Virus record (IMG/VR): IMGVR_UViG_3300042256_000025
Reading direction: 5' to 3' (one strand)
Origin: a virus
Taxonomy: Duplodnaviria; Caudoviricetes
DNA length: 64,000 bases
Position numbers and translations under genes: made by a program. Positions 56,456 to 64,000 of the stretch are shown here, in pieces. The notes under the pieces were generated by a model. The model saw only the letters and a list, made by a program, of their open reading frames with translations, did no database searches and was not told the origin of the DNA. The number at the start of each line of letters is the position of its first letter. Within the stretch, counting starts at the first letter, position 1.

Positions 56456-58429
56456 CTATACAACTACATTTGTCGGCATGTCCCCAATAGAGGCACATTT
56501 ACCGGAAAACTGTTCTCGCTTACGTACATCATACTCTCGGTGCTGTTGGATGTCCAGACAGGTTAACCAGTAGTAGACGGGCGCAATATGTGGGTATTTC
56601 TTTATGGGGCGTAGACGCCCTAATAATTGAAGGTTACGCTGCACCGAGCCAATGGCCACGGTACTGATACAGGCCCTTAGGTTAGGAATATCCTTACCGG
56701 TACCGGCTGAGGTTGGTGTACTGACTATAATGTCGTTTGTGTACAATACTTCTGGAGCATAGGTCGCCGTATAGGCTGAGGTTTTAAACTGTGGATAGAG
56801 TTTACTCAGTCTATTAGCCAGTCGCTCACACATCTCAGTGGTTGCACAGAAAATCAGTAACTTCTGCTCATCCTGGTAGTCTGAGACGAATGCCTGCTCT
56901 GCTAGACTTTCTATGAACTCATAGTAGCGCGTCTCCGCTGTACGATTCGCCATTAGCCACTGCTCATAGGTAACATGACTGTATCCCTTAGTGCCAGTAC
57001 ATTTCACCTTATCCGGATGTTCGAGTCGATAGGTTACAGATATGCACTTTGCGTGCTCATTCTGACTTACGTCTTTAAAGCGGTCCTCCATAGGAAATAT
57101 TTTAAGGTATTGGTTGTTGATCTTCTCATCCTCCGACACCAGTGTCGCAGATAGGTAGATGGCCCTACGTACATGCGTGAAGGTGGTGGCGGTTACGAGT
57201 GCATGGATATTCTCATGTGACTCATCCACGATCCGCATACCCACCCCTAACGTAGGGAATAACTCATAGGGTGTCACACCCTCTATTGTGTACCCCTCTG
57301 TAAGGTAGTCCTTGAGAAAGGCCCGGATAGTAGCAATGGAGATAAAAATGAGCTTATACTCATTCTGTCCGGCTAATGATAACTTAACCAGATTCACCAA
57401 ATGCTCACGCCCCTGTATCACACAGATATCCTTAGCGTGATCAATATCCAGTACCCACTTCGTGGAGTCTATCCACGTTTTAAAATGACCCGAGGCCATA
57501 ACAAATGCCGTGCGTACTTTATAGTGCGCCGTTGTCATTAGTCCACAGGCGGTGTTGTGTGTCACGATGAAGTCATCCGTGACGTAGAGGTGGGATGGGT
57601 GTGATACCTCTATACACTGGACCTCATCCGCCCCTACATACTGAACGTCGATAACCCTAGACATTTCCAAATAGTCACTATCTGGAACATGTATGGGCAA
57701 ATACTGCTCACGACCGTTCTCCACCCGATCCTTGATGATTGCTGTTGTTAGCACCTCACCCGTTAACCCTTTCTCCATGGTATACCAGAGATGTTCAGCG
57801 TCAGCGGTTGACTGTCGTCCATCCTCTAGGGTGATGCAGTATACTGGTCGTACGCCCTGTGGATAGACACCCACAACCACACCTTCACCACCATCGGGTC
57901 CGCTAATGGGGTCCCCTACACTAAGGTCTCCCATTTTGACCCAGCCATGGGGTGTTAACACCTGTGAGGAAAGCGGCTGTGCCTTCCCAAAGCCAGTAGG
58001 AAGGTTTAGTACACGGTTAATGGCCTTACCTTCCTTCATGAAGGCCATGGCCAGTTCCTGTTCCTCATTGCGAGGCCCTACTCCCTTCTGCAACGCTATC
58101 TCGATGGGTGCTCCTTCAATGGGCTCGTGGTACGTGTATTGAAAGTCACTACTAGTGTACCCTAGTACCCTTAGATACTCCTCAACCTTTGTAAACTCCG
58201 CTTTCAGAAATCCAAACTCTTTACGGTCGTGCGTAGCCGTTGCAAAAACGGCCTTGGTTTTCTTAACCCGACGCTTAAGCTTTGGAATCCAGACGGTTTC
58301 AAAGATCGCCAGTCGCTCACAGTACTTAAGGATGGCTTCTCGTTCATTCGGGTAATGCACCTGAATACGTACGCCATGACTGTAGACGTCTACTTTAAAC
58401 TTAACCATTCTACCTCCCATGACAGCCAT
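56456..58429 (-). CDS. SF2 DExH helicase (phiKZ gp75-like) containing a mini-intein
   Basis: PTGFGK|T, DESH, LSAT, AGTG.DIPNL and QLLGRLR motifs. Confidence 0.9.
   Translation of the reverse strand: MAVMGGRMVKFKVDVYSHGVRIQVHYPNEREAILKYCERLAIFETVWIPKLKRRVKKTKAVFATATHDRKEFGFLKAEFTKVEEYLRVLGYTSSDFQYTYHEPIEGAPIEIALQKGVGPRNEEQELAMAFMKEGKAINRVLNLPTGFGKAQPLSSQVLTPHGWVKMGDLSVGDPISGPDGGEGVVVGVYPQGVRPVYCITLEDGRQSTADAEHLWYTMEKGLTGEVLTTAIIKDRVENGREQYLPIHVPDSDYLEMSRVIDVQYVGADEVQCIEVSHPSHLYVTDDFIVTHNTACGLMTTAHYKVRTAFVMASGHFKTWIDSTKWVLDIDHAKDICVIQGREHLVNLVKLSLAGQNEYKLIFISIATIRAFLKDYLTEGYTIEGVTPYELFPTLGVGMRIVDESHENIHALVTATTFTHVRRAIYLSATLVSEDEKINNQYLKIFPMEDRFKDVSQNEHAKCISVTYRLEHPDKVKCTGTKGYSHVTYEQWLMANRTAETRYYEFIESLAEQAFVSDYQDEQKLLIFCATTEMCERLANRLSKLYPQFKTSAYTATYAPEVLYTNDIIVSTPTSAGTGKDIPNLRACISTVAIGSVQRNLQLLGRLRPIKKYPHIAPVYYWLTCLDIQQHREYDVRKREQFSGKCASIGDMPTNVVV
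57554..57982 (-). mobile_element. Class-3 mini-intein (143 aa, no endonuclease) in the helicase Walker A
   Basis: Starts AQPLSSQVLTPHGW; HLW, VQCIEV and FIVTHN|T give the W-C-T signature. Confidence 0.9.
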
Positions 58430-58516
58430 AATCCCCTATTATAGGATGCCTAGCCCTAGTGGCAATAAAAAATAATGACCATGCACTGGGCTCGCCCAGT
58501 GCATGTCTATAACTAT

Positions 58517-58750
58517 TTATGCCTTCTGATTAACCGTCGCAGTAAACCAGGTCTGAAAAAGGGTATCCGACATTGGGACCTCCAGTGCTTCAGAGACCGC
58601 ACTGCGACATCCTGCCCACAGGTGAGTGTCCTGTCCCTCTGGACGCAGGGTATTGAGCAGGTTATCCAACTCCCCACGCGTCTTGGGGAGGCTGATCTGG
58701 TACTGACGTTCCAGTTTTTCACGGGCAGCGTTCATCAGCTTTACTTGCAT
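58517..58750 (-). CDS. Small hypothetical protein
   Basis: AAGGA SD; followed by a stem-loop at about 58480-58508. Confidence 0.6.
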   Translation of the reverse strand: MQVKLMNAAREKLERQYQISLPKTRGELDNLLNTLRPEGQDTHLWAGCRSAVSEALEVPMSDTLFQTWFTATVNQKA

Positions 58751-58770
58751 TAGTCTAGTCCTTTAAGTGG

Positions 58771-58980
58771 TTAGTGTGATACGTATTCAAAGGTGAAGTG
58801 TTCGACCGAAAATTGCCCCAGTGTGCCATCGACTTCCACCAATGGCTCTGGACCAGCATCTGTGTGCACCGCCGTCACACGATAGGTCTTACCGATTTCT
58901 AACACAGCGGGATTAGACTCCCCTTTGCGCCTTTTCTTATCCGTGCAGATTACACGGGCACCGGTATCCAGTACAAACAT
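58771..58980 (-). CDS. Small hypothetical protein, possibly an SH3-like beta barrel
   Basis: AAGGA SD; LEIGKTYRV pattern. Confidence 0.65.
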   Translation of the reverse strand: MFVLDTGARVICTDKKRRKGESNPAVLEIGKTYRVTAVHTDAGPEPLVEVDGTLGQFSVEHFTFEYVSH

Positions 58981-58992
58981 AGGGTACGTCCT

Positions 58993-60948
58993 TTAGCGGT
59001 TATCTACATACGGGGCATCGGCCCCAATAATGGGATCCAGCGGATGCACTGGACGCTCATGGGTCAAGTAACTCTTATGGTTAAGAATGACCCGCTTCTG
59101 TCCCTCGAAGGCCAAAGCCGCCGACACGGACCGGTTCGATATAATCCGACGGGCGGACATAAAGACAAATGGATCACCACCACGGGGTAGGCGATAGTCA
59201 TTAGCATAGGCGTTCACCGTCATACAGGCGCGTACAAAGATTTCCGCATGGGCTAGGTTGACCTTTATCTTTTCATCGAAGAGGCGTTTCATCGCCGCCA
59301 CTGCCTGACCGGGGTGCTTATGGGAGACAATGGCCTCATCCTTTTCCTCAGACCCAAAGACAAAGTGTTTAATGCGACGCTGGAACGTCAACATACTCTC
59401 ACTGCGTCGGGGGGTAATAAAGACCGGCCGACCTTTAAATCCGTCCAAGCGTACCTCCACAACGCCGTTAACGGTTTTCCACCCATTACGGGCGATACAT
59501 TCCAGGACATCCGAGGAGAGTGCAGACCCCTCATCCCCTATCCGTAGATTAAATACACACCAGTCCCCTTTCCGTTGTCCATGTCCATCGGCGTTTGCAA
59601 TTTTCAACTCCGTAATACAGGACACTCGCTGTGGTAGCAATCCTGTGGGATCACCACTTTGAAGGACACTATTGAGTCCAGGGGCTTCTTCTTCAGCAAA
59701 GCGAATCAGGAAGGTATTCGCTACATTCTGTCGCTTCAGTGTAACCGCTGACCGGTTATCGGGGTCATAGCGGAACCATTTACCGGCCTCACCCTCCAGT
59801 GAGAAGTACAATGCGCCTTGAGAGGTCTCAACGTGCTTAGTAGAAAGGATTAGCTGAGAGAGCGAGGACAGTGGGTCGGTTGTCAGAAAGTGTCCTACGT
59901 TGGTTCTAGGGGGGACGATACGGGAGATCTGTCCCAGACATGTCTTACAGACCGTACCGGTATCGTCATTCTGACACATGGTGATGGAGCGGACGTTAAT
60001 GACCTGCCCAATCAATGACGTGTCCTTAGGGTCAAACAGTACCGGTCGGCCATCGACCATATGGTACTTACCCTTAAGGCCGTGCATATCCTGTTCAGAC
60101 ACCAACCATGGAATGGTGTGTGGTGTACCACAATCATCCCCCACGACACTACGCACGACGGCTGCAAGAAGCTGCATACGTCGGTTCAGGTACTCAGAGT
60201 CCTTCAACGGATCGTCGTTCATCAACAGTGCACGAGACGCGCTGCGGGATTCCGTAATGCTATCGTACAACGTATCGAACCCGTCTGCATAGGACTTCTT
60301 GATGGGGTACATAAAGATAGAGCCATCCGTAGCAAAGGTATTGCCACGCGCACCAATGAACTGCACCAACTGCTTCTCAGAGAGCAGGTTAGCACGGGTC
60401 ATCTTCGCAACCCCATTATTGCGCAGTGTAGGCTTGTCCTTCTTAAGCTCCTGCATAATCCGCTCGTATCCCTCCTTGAACTCCATCTCATCCGCTTCAA
60501 TCTTATCTTTCACTTCCCGTATTACCGGGTCATCCATGAGCTCAATTACATCTTCCAGGTCAACCGTCGTGACGTATCCCGCTAGACGGGAGACCGTGAC
60601 GTTGTGGATGGTGTTAAATATCTCATAACTGACCTTTGACATCTCCCAGACGAGGTTTTCCCGCTTATCCGGGTACCCTTCATAGACATCCCAGAAAATC
60701 TTAGCCCCCAGCTTCTGATCAAACCCCTTGGTAAGGGACTTATTACCAACATGATGGGATGGCAATATAGGGCATCCGGGAAACTCACGGTGCATGCGCC
60801 AAAAGTACCAGCTCAGTACCGTGCGGCGCTTGCCGGTTTCCAGGGTGGATCCGTCGGCAAACTCTACCACCATAGGGCCCTCAGGTAGGGCCCATACCTC
60901 CTTCTCTGTCAGCATACACAGGGTGCCTGCTGCATAGATGTTCGCCAT
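58993..60948 (-). CDS. Non-virion RNAP beta' subunit, C-terminal part (phiKZ gp74-like)
   Basis: ESRSA, SEYLNRRMQL, DDCG, RS...C......VC.TC.G and ILSTKH motifs. Confidence 0.9.
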   Translation of the reverse strand: MANIYAAGTLCMLTEKEVWALPEGPMVVEFADGSTLETGKRRTVLSWYFWRMHREFPGCPILPSHHVGNKSLTKGFDQKLGAKIFWDVYEGYPDKRENLVWEMSKVSYEIFNTIHNVTVSRLAGYVTTVDLEDVIELMDDPVIREVKDKIEADEMEFKEGYERIMQELKKDKPTLRNNGVAKMTRANLLSEKQLVQFIGARGNTFATDGSIFMYPIKKSYADGFDTLYDSITESRSASRALLMNDDPLKDSEYLNRRMQLLAAVVRSVVGDDCGTPHTIPWLVSEQDMHGLKGKYHMVDGRPVLFDPKDTSLIGQVINVRSITMCQNDDTGTVCKTCLGQISRIVPPRTNVGHFLTTDPLSSLSQLILSTKHVETSQGALYFSLEGEAGKWFRYDPDNRSAVTLKRQNVANTFLIRFAEEEAPGLNSVLQSGDPTGLLPQRVSCITELKIANADGHGQRKGDWCVFNLRIGDEGSALSSDVLECIARNGWKTVNGVVEVRLDGFKGRPVFITPRRSESMLTFQRRIKHFVFGSEEKDEAIVSHKHPGQAVAAMKRLFDEKIKVNLAHAEIFVRACMTVNAYANDYRLPRGGDPFVFMSARRIISNRSVSAALAFEGQKRVILNHKSYLTHERPVHPLDPIIGADAPYVDNR

Positions 60949-60960
60949 TAGGGTTACTCC

Positions 60961-63036
60961 TTATTGTTTATGTCGGGGGACACGAATGATTTCCCATCCG
61001 GCACACGCGGCGATGTGTCGGACAAACTTAATCGGACGTCCGCCAATGGGCACTGCATTTCGATCAACCAGACATTCAATGTCTGAAGGTCGGTCCGATA
61101 GCAGTATTGAATTGACTGCCATGCGGTGACTTTCTGGATTCGTAGCCAGGTCCATGGTTTCCGCCGCAGCATCACCACCGATAACCGATACCAGGCTACG
61201 CAGCTCCGTTTCCCCGATGACACGAGGTGGCTGCTCTTTAGATGGGGTTGAGTGTTTAGTGGTTTTATTCTGTACAGCCGGTAGACCATGATGCTGCCTT
61301 AGGATTCCAGAAACCGCCATGGGCTTGTGATCCAACTTATCCAGTACAATCATAAACTTCGTACCGATCAGGATCGGATCCTTAGTTCGAACGGTTTCAC
61401 CCGTACGACTTACATAGGTAACCGGTGATTTATTCGGTGGCCTGAAGGCTTTAAGTTTACGGTACAGGTCAGGACAGAGTTTCTCATCATCTGCACGGAT
61501 AACCAAATAAATACCCTGATTGTAAATGCTGTCCAATACCTCCATTTTTTCTGCGTCTGATAGATCACGGATGTTCTCTTCCATTACGGTAGAGGTGCAG
61601 GCAACCAGCGTCTGAAAATGGACCCAGGCCTGATCGTTCTGACCGGCATCCATCATTTGACGTATATCGCCTGCAACGTCCCGTGCCACAGCATTAATAT
61701 AATGCTCATAGAACTGACCTGGGTTCAGTCGTGCGACTGCACCCTTACCGTACACAATGACGTCGGCACGGTTACCGAAGTCATCCACCGCCATTTCATG
61801 GCTTTCCCGTACACCGCAAACCACGCCTTTGCCGCCCCCCATGTCTGATATCTTAGCACCCAAGTCGGCAGTGAAACGGTGCGCGTACATGACCTCTACC
61901 CGCCACTCATCCATGGGGGTAGCACGGTATGTTTTCTGGATAGAGTTCTTACGGCCCTTCACCGACTCTAGACGTTTAACAGCTTCATTAGGGCGTACAC
62001 CCATAGCCCGCTCTATCAGTGTCAGGAGCTCTGGGGTCAGATTCGGTTTGTAGTTGGTCTCCTGTTTAATCTGATGATAGATTTGTACGATTCGGTCATA
62101 ATACTGCGCATGCCGGTCCGCATACTTCTTAGCGACATCCTCCATACCCGATGGCGTATGGTACGTTCTGCGACCCTCATTGGTCGTGGTGTGTACCGTA
62201 ATGTCGATGATTTTAGCACCCGGCACACCATAGGTTAACTTATCATGCGTCAGATCCGGAGTCTGAAGCTCCTTACGGGACATTTCAACCCCATCTAACA
62301 TAGGGTCGTACTTGCGCAGTGCAAAGACTAGCCCATCTTCACGTATAGTGTCTCCAATCTCAGGGAACGGCTTATAGATCCGGTCATCCCCATAGAGGTT
62401 AATTGGATAGTAGTGACGGCCCCATTCTACTACACGGGTACCCGTAGCAATAGGCGTGGCGCGTTCAAGGAAGTCACGGGATACCTCGAATCCATCCTCA
62501 ATTGTAGCCGGTACGGACATGTACGCAACATTACAATTGAGACCATTGGAGTAGTACCCGTTCTCTATCGTAGGGCTGTAGGAGAGTACATCCCCTCGAT
62601 CCAGTGTCATGCCCCGTGCAAGCTGATGCATGAGAGGGGTGAACTTATACTTAAACCCGAAGGTTTCATGTACACGTTCCAGTTGGTTCTGATAAGTCTC
62701 CACGTGGAATACACCAAAATGCCCTGTTTCAAGACTACGGTAGATAACGGTAACCAGAGGGTTATATGCAATGGCATTCGCCCCCACCCCACCTGTATAC
62801 TTATGGAGCACAGCATAGACCTGCAGGTCCTCAGGTGCTTTCACTCCAAAGGTATGGGTGGCTAGCTGATCCTCCAGGCCAGTTAGTATGCGAGGCGTAT
62901 CCGGTTTATTCGGTATCACCGCCTGAGAAATCTGGGAGCAGACCATCTGCATGCGGCTGCCCGAGTTAAACTTGAGCATGGGCGATATAGCCGCCATAGT
63001 GCCCAAGTGCCGGAGGTTATTACGCGTCTTTTCCAT
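60961..63036 (-). CDS. Non-virion RNAP beta subunit, C-terminal part (phiKZ gp71-73-like), uninterrupted here
   Basis: NSGSR.QM, TIEDG, GAKISDMGGGKGVV, RLN.GQ.YE and GETE.R motifs. Confidence 0.9.
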   Translation of the reverse strand: MEKTRNNLRHLGTMAAISPMLKFNSGSRMQMVCSQISQAVIPNKPDTPRILTGLEDQLATHTFGVKAPEDLQVYAVLHKYTGGVGANAIAYNPLVTVIYRSLETGHFGVFHVETYQNQLERVHETFGFKYKFTPLMHQLARGMTLDRGDVLSYSPTIENGYYSNGLNCNVAYMSVPATIEDGFEVSRDFLERATPIATGTRVVEWGRHYYPINLYGDDRIYKPFPEIGDTIREDGLVFALRKYDPMLDGVEMSRKELQTPDLTHDKLTYGVPGAKIIDITVHTTTNEGRRTYHTPSGMEDVAKKYADRHAQYYDRIVQIYHQIKQETNYKPNLTPELLTLIERAMGVRPNEAVKRLESVKGRKNSIQKTYRATPMDEWRVEVMYAHRFTADLGAKISDMGGGKGVVCGVRESHEMAVDDFGNRADVIVYGKGAVARLNPGQFYEHYINAVARDVAGDIRQMMDAGQNDQAWVHFQTLVACTSTVMEENIRDLSDAEKMEVLDSIYNQGIYLVIRADDEKLCPDLYRKLKAFRPPNKSPVTYVSRTGETVRTKDPILIGTKFMIVLDKLDHKPMAVSGILRQHHGLPAVQNKTTKHSTPSKEQPPRVIGETELRSLVSVIGGDAAAETMDLATNPESHRMAVNSILLSDRPSDIECLVDRNAVPIGGRPIKFVRHIAACAGWEIIRVPRHKQ

Positions 63037-63070
63037 CTGTACACTCCTGTGACATTTACTGCTCAGTACG

Positions 63071-63086
63071 GTAATATAGGTTTTCA
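63071..63086 (-). promoter_or_regulatory. Early promoter for the nvRNAP genes
   Basis: Exact TGAAAACCTATATTAC about 35 nt upstream of ATG 63036. Confidence 0.8.
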
Positions 63087-63125
63087 GCTTAATCGATATC
63101 GGGTGGATGTTATAGAGTACCTGAA

Positions 63126-63479
63126 ATGAGGTTGAGGGACATTATGAACGTTGATAAGCTCGCCGTACCTCGCGGCAAGGCTAACTATTATGAAGCTGGA
63201 TATCGTGTGGCAATTGAAACCCACCTGCCCGTCATCCGGCGCAATATTCAAGAACACGTCTCCATCACTGAGCGCCAAAAACGCATGTACGCAGGTGACT
63301 TTTACGGACTATTATCTGAGCTAGGGGTAGCGGTGCCTCACCAATGGCCCACGTTAAGGGCGAACGGCTATCATAGTCCAGCTGACTTTCATGGGGAGGT
63401 GGATACAGTCTATACCTACACACCGTCTATATTTAAAGAAATATTAGACCAATACCTCACCACTCAAGCACGACTGTAA
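63126..63479 (+). CDS. Conserved small protein (phiKZ gp70-like position)
   Basis: E.HL, Y.GDFYGLL and R.NG motifs; start could be 63144. Confidence 0.65.
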   Translation: MRLRDIMNVDKLAVPRGKANYYEAGYRVAIETHLPVIRRNIQEHVSITERQKRMYAGDFYGLLSELGVAVPHQWPTLRANGYHSPADFHGEVDTVYTYTPSIFKEILDQYLTTQARL

Positions 63480-63493
63480 CAAAAAAGAAATAG

Positions 63494-63525
63494 ACACCCA
63501 TGCGCCCTTTCGGGCGTATGGGTGT
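63494..63525 (-). terminator. Terminator between convergent genes
   Basis: ACACCCATGCGCCC-TTTC-GGGCGTATGGGTGT with an adjacent A-run. Confidence 0.7.
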
Positions 63526-63533
63526 AAGTGCCG

Positions 63534-64000
63534 TTAGTAACCAGACATCGGACGGTATTGTCCTGTGCGAGGGTCTAGATACATTTGTGGCTGTTGGGGC
63601 TGGCCGTAATATCCACCTGGTCCAGGCTGCCCATATTGGGGCTGGGGCGGATACGGCTGATTATACTGGGGTTGGGGTACGGGTTGTCCGTATTGGGGTT
63701 GAGGGGGGTAAGGTTGGTTGTACTGAGGTGCCGGAGGCGGTGGTGCGTATTGAGGTTGGGGTTGGTATTGGGGTTGTGGTTGGTATTGGGGTTGGCCGTA
63801 CATCGGCGGTTGGGCCGCTGGTGCAGCAATTTGTCCATAGTTAGGTGGCGTCATTGTTGGTGGTTTAAAGGTCGGAATGCCATCATCCTCTACCTTCGGT
63901 GCAGGGGCTACTGGCTGTGGCTGTGGTGGTGTTGGTGCTGGGGGCGCGGACGCCGCTGCACGTGGTGCCTGTGCAGGCGTTACTGTTTCGGATTTCTCTT
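63534..64000 (-). CDS. C-terminal P/Q/Y-rich tail of a gene entering from beyond the window; by synteny possibly phiKZ gp69-like (PicA/Imp1)
   Basis: Frame is open to the window edge (EKSETVTPAQAPR...); identity rests on position only. Confidence 0.4.
   Translation of the reverse strand, partial: EKSETVTPAQAPRAAASAPPAPTPPQPQPVAPAPKVEDDGIPTFKPPTMTPPNYGQIAAPAAQPPMYGQPQYQPQPQYQPQPQYAPPPPAPQYNQPYPPQPQYGQPVPQPQYNQPYPPQPQYGQPGPGGYYGQPQQPQMYLDPRTGQYRPMSGY

Noticed and set aside
60961-63036. Intron in the nvRNAP beta-C gene, as in phiKZ gp71-73
   Set aside because: The ORF is continuous for 691 aa and no group I elements are visible.

Overview
This window is a 64-kb segment of a phiKZ-like jumbo phage (Chimalliviridae, the nucleus-forming group), probably infecting a gammaproteobacterium. 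The assignment rests on protein motifs and on a gene order that matches my recollection of the phiKZ gp69-gp129 core block; phiKZ gene numbers are recalled, not searched. Core genes: portal, tail/baseplate proteins, RuvC-like resolvase, three non-virion RNAP subunits, one virion RNAP subunit, major capsid protein, DnaB-like helicase, several S/A/G-x-E-processed head proteins, a family-B DNA polymerase subunit and an SF2 helicase. Mobile elements: a group I intron with an HNH gene in the polymerase (intron 40200-41611), a class-3 mini-intein in the helicase and two free-standing HNH genes. Most notable: (1) an HNH gene bracketed by two synonymously diverged copies of the helicase's last 53 codons, suggesting insertion with a replacement gene end; (2) a translationally coupled ClpP plus catalytically dead ClpP-like pair, with an SspB homologue about 10 kb away; (3) a candidate structured ncRNA with two 58-nt tandem units behind the capsid gene; (4) a candidate unimolecular spanin, a tandem HU-like protein, an RNAP beta'-type zinc ribbon on a non-RNAP ORF, and a candidate origin. 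An extended early promoter motif (TGAAAACCTATATTAC) and a candidate late motif are readable from the DNA. I found no tRNA, rRNA or CRISPR array.
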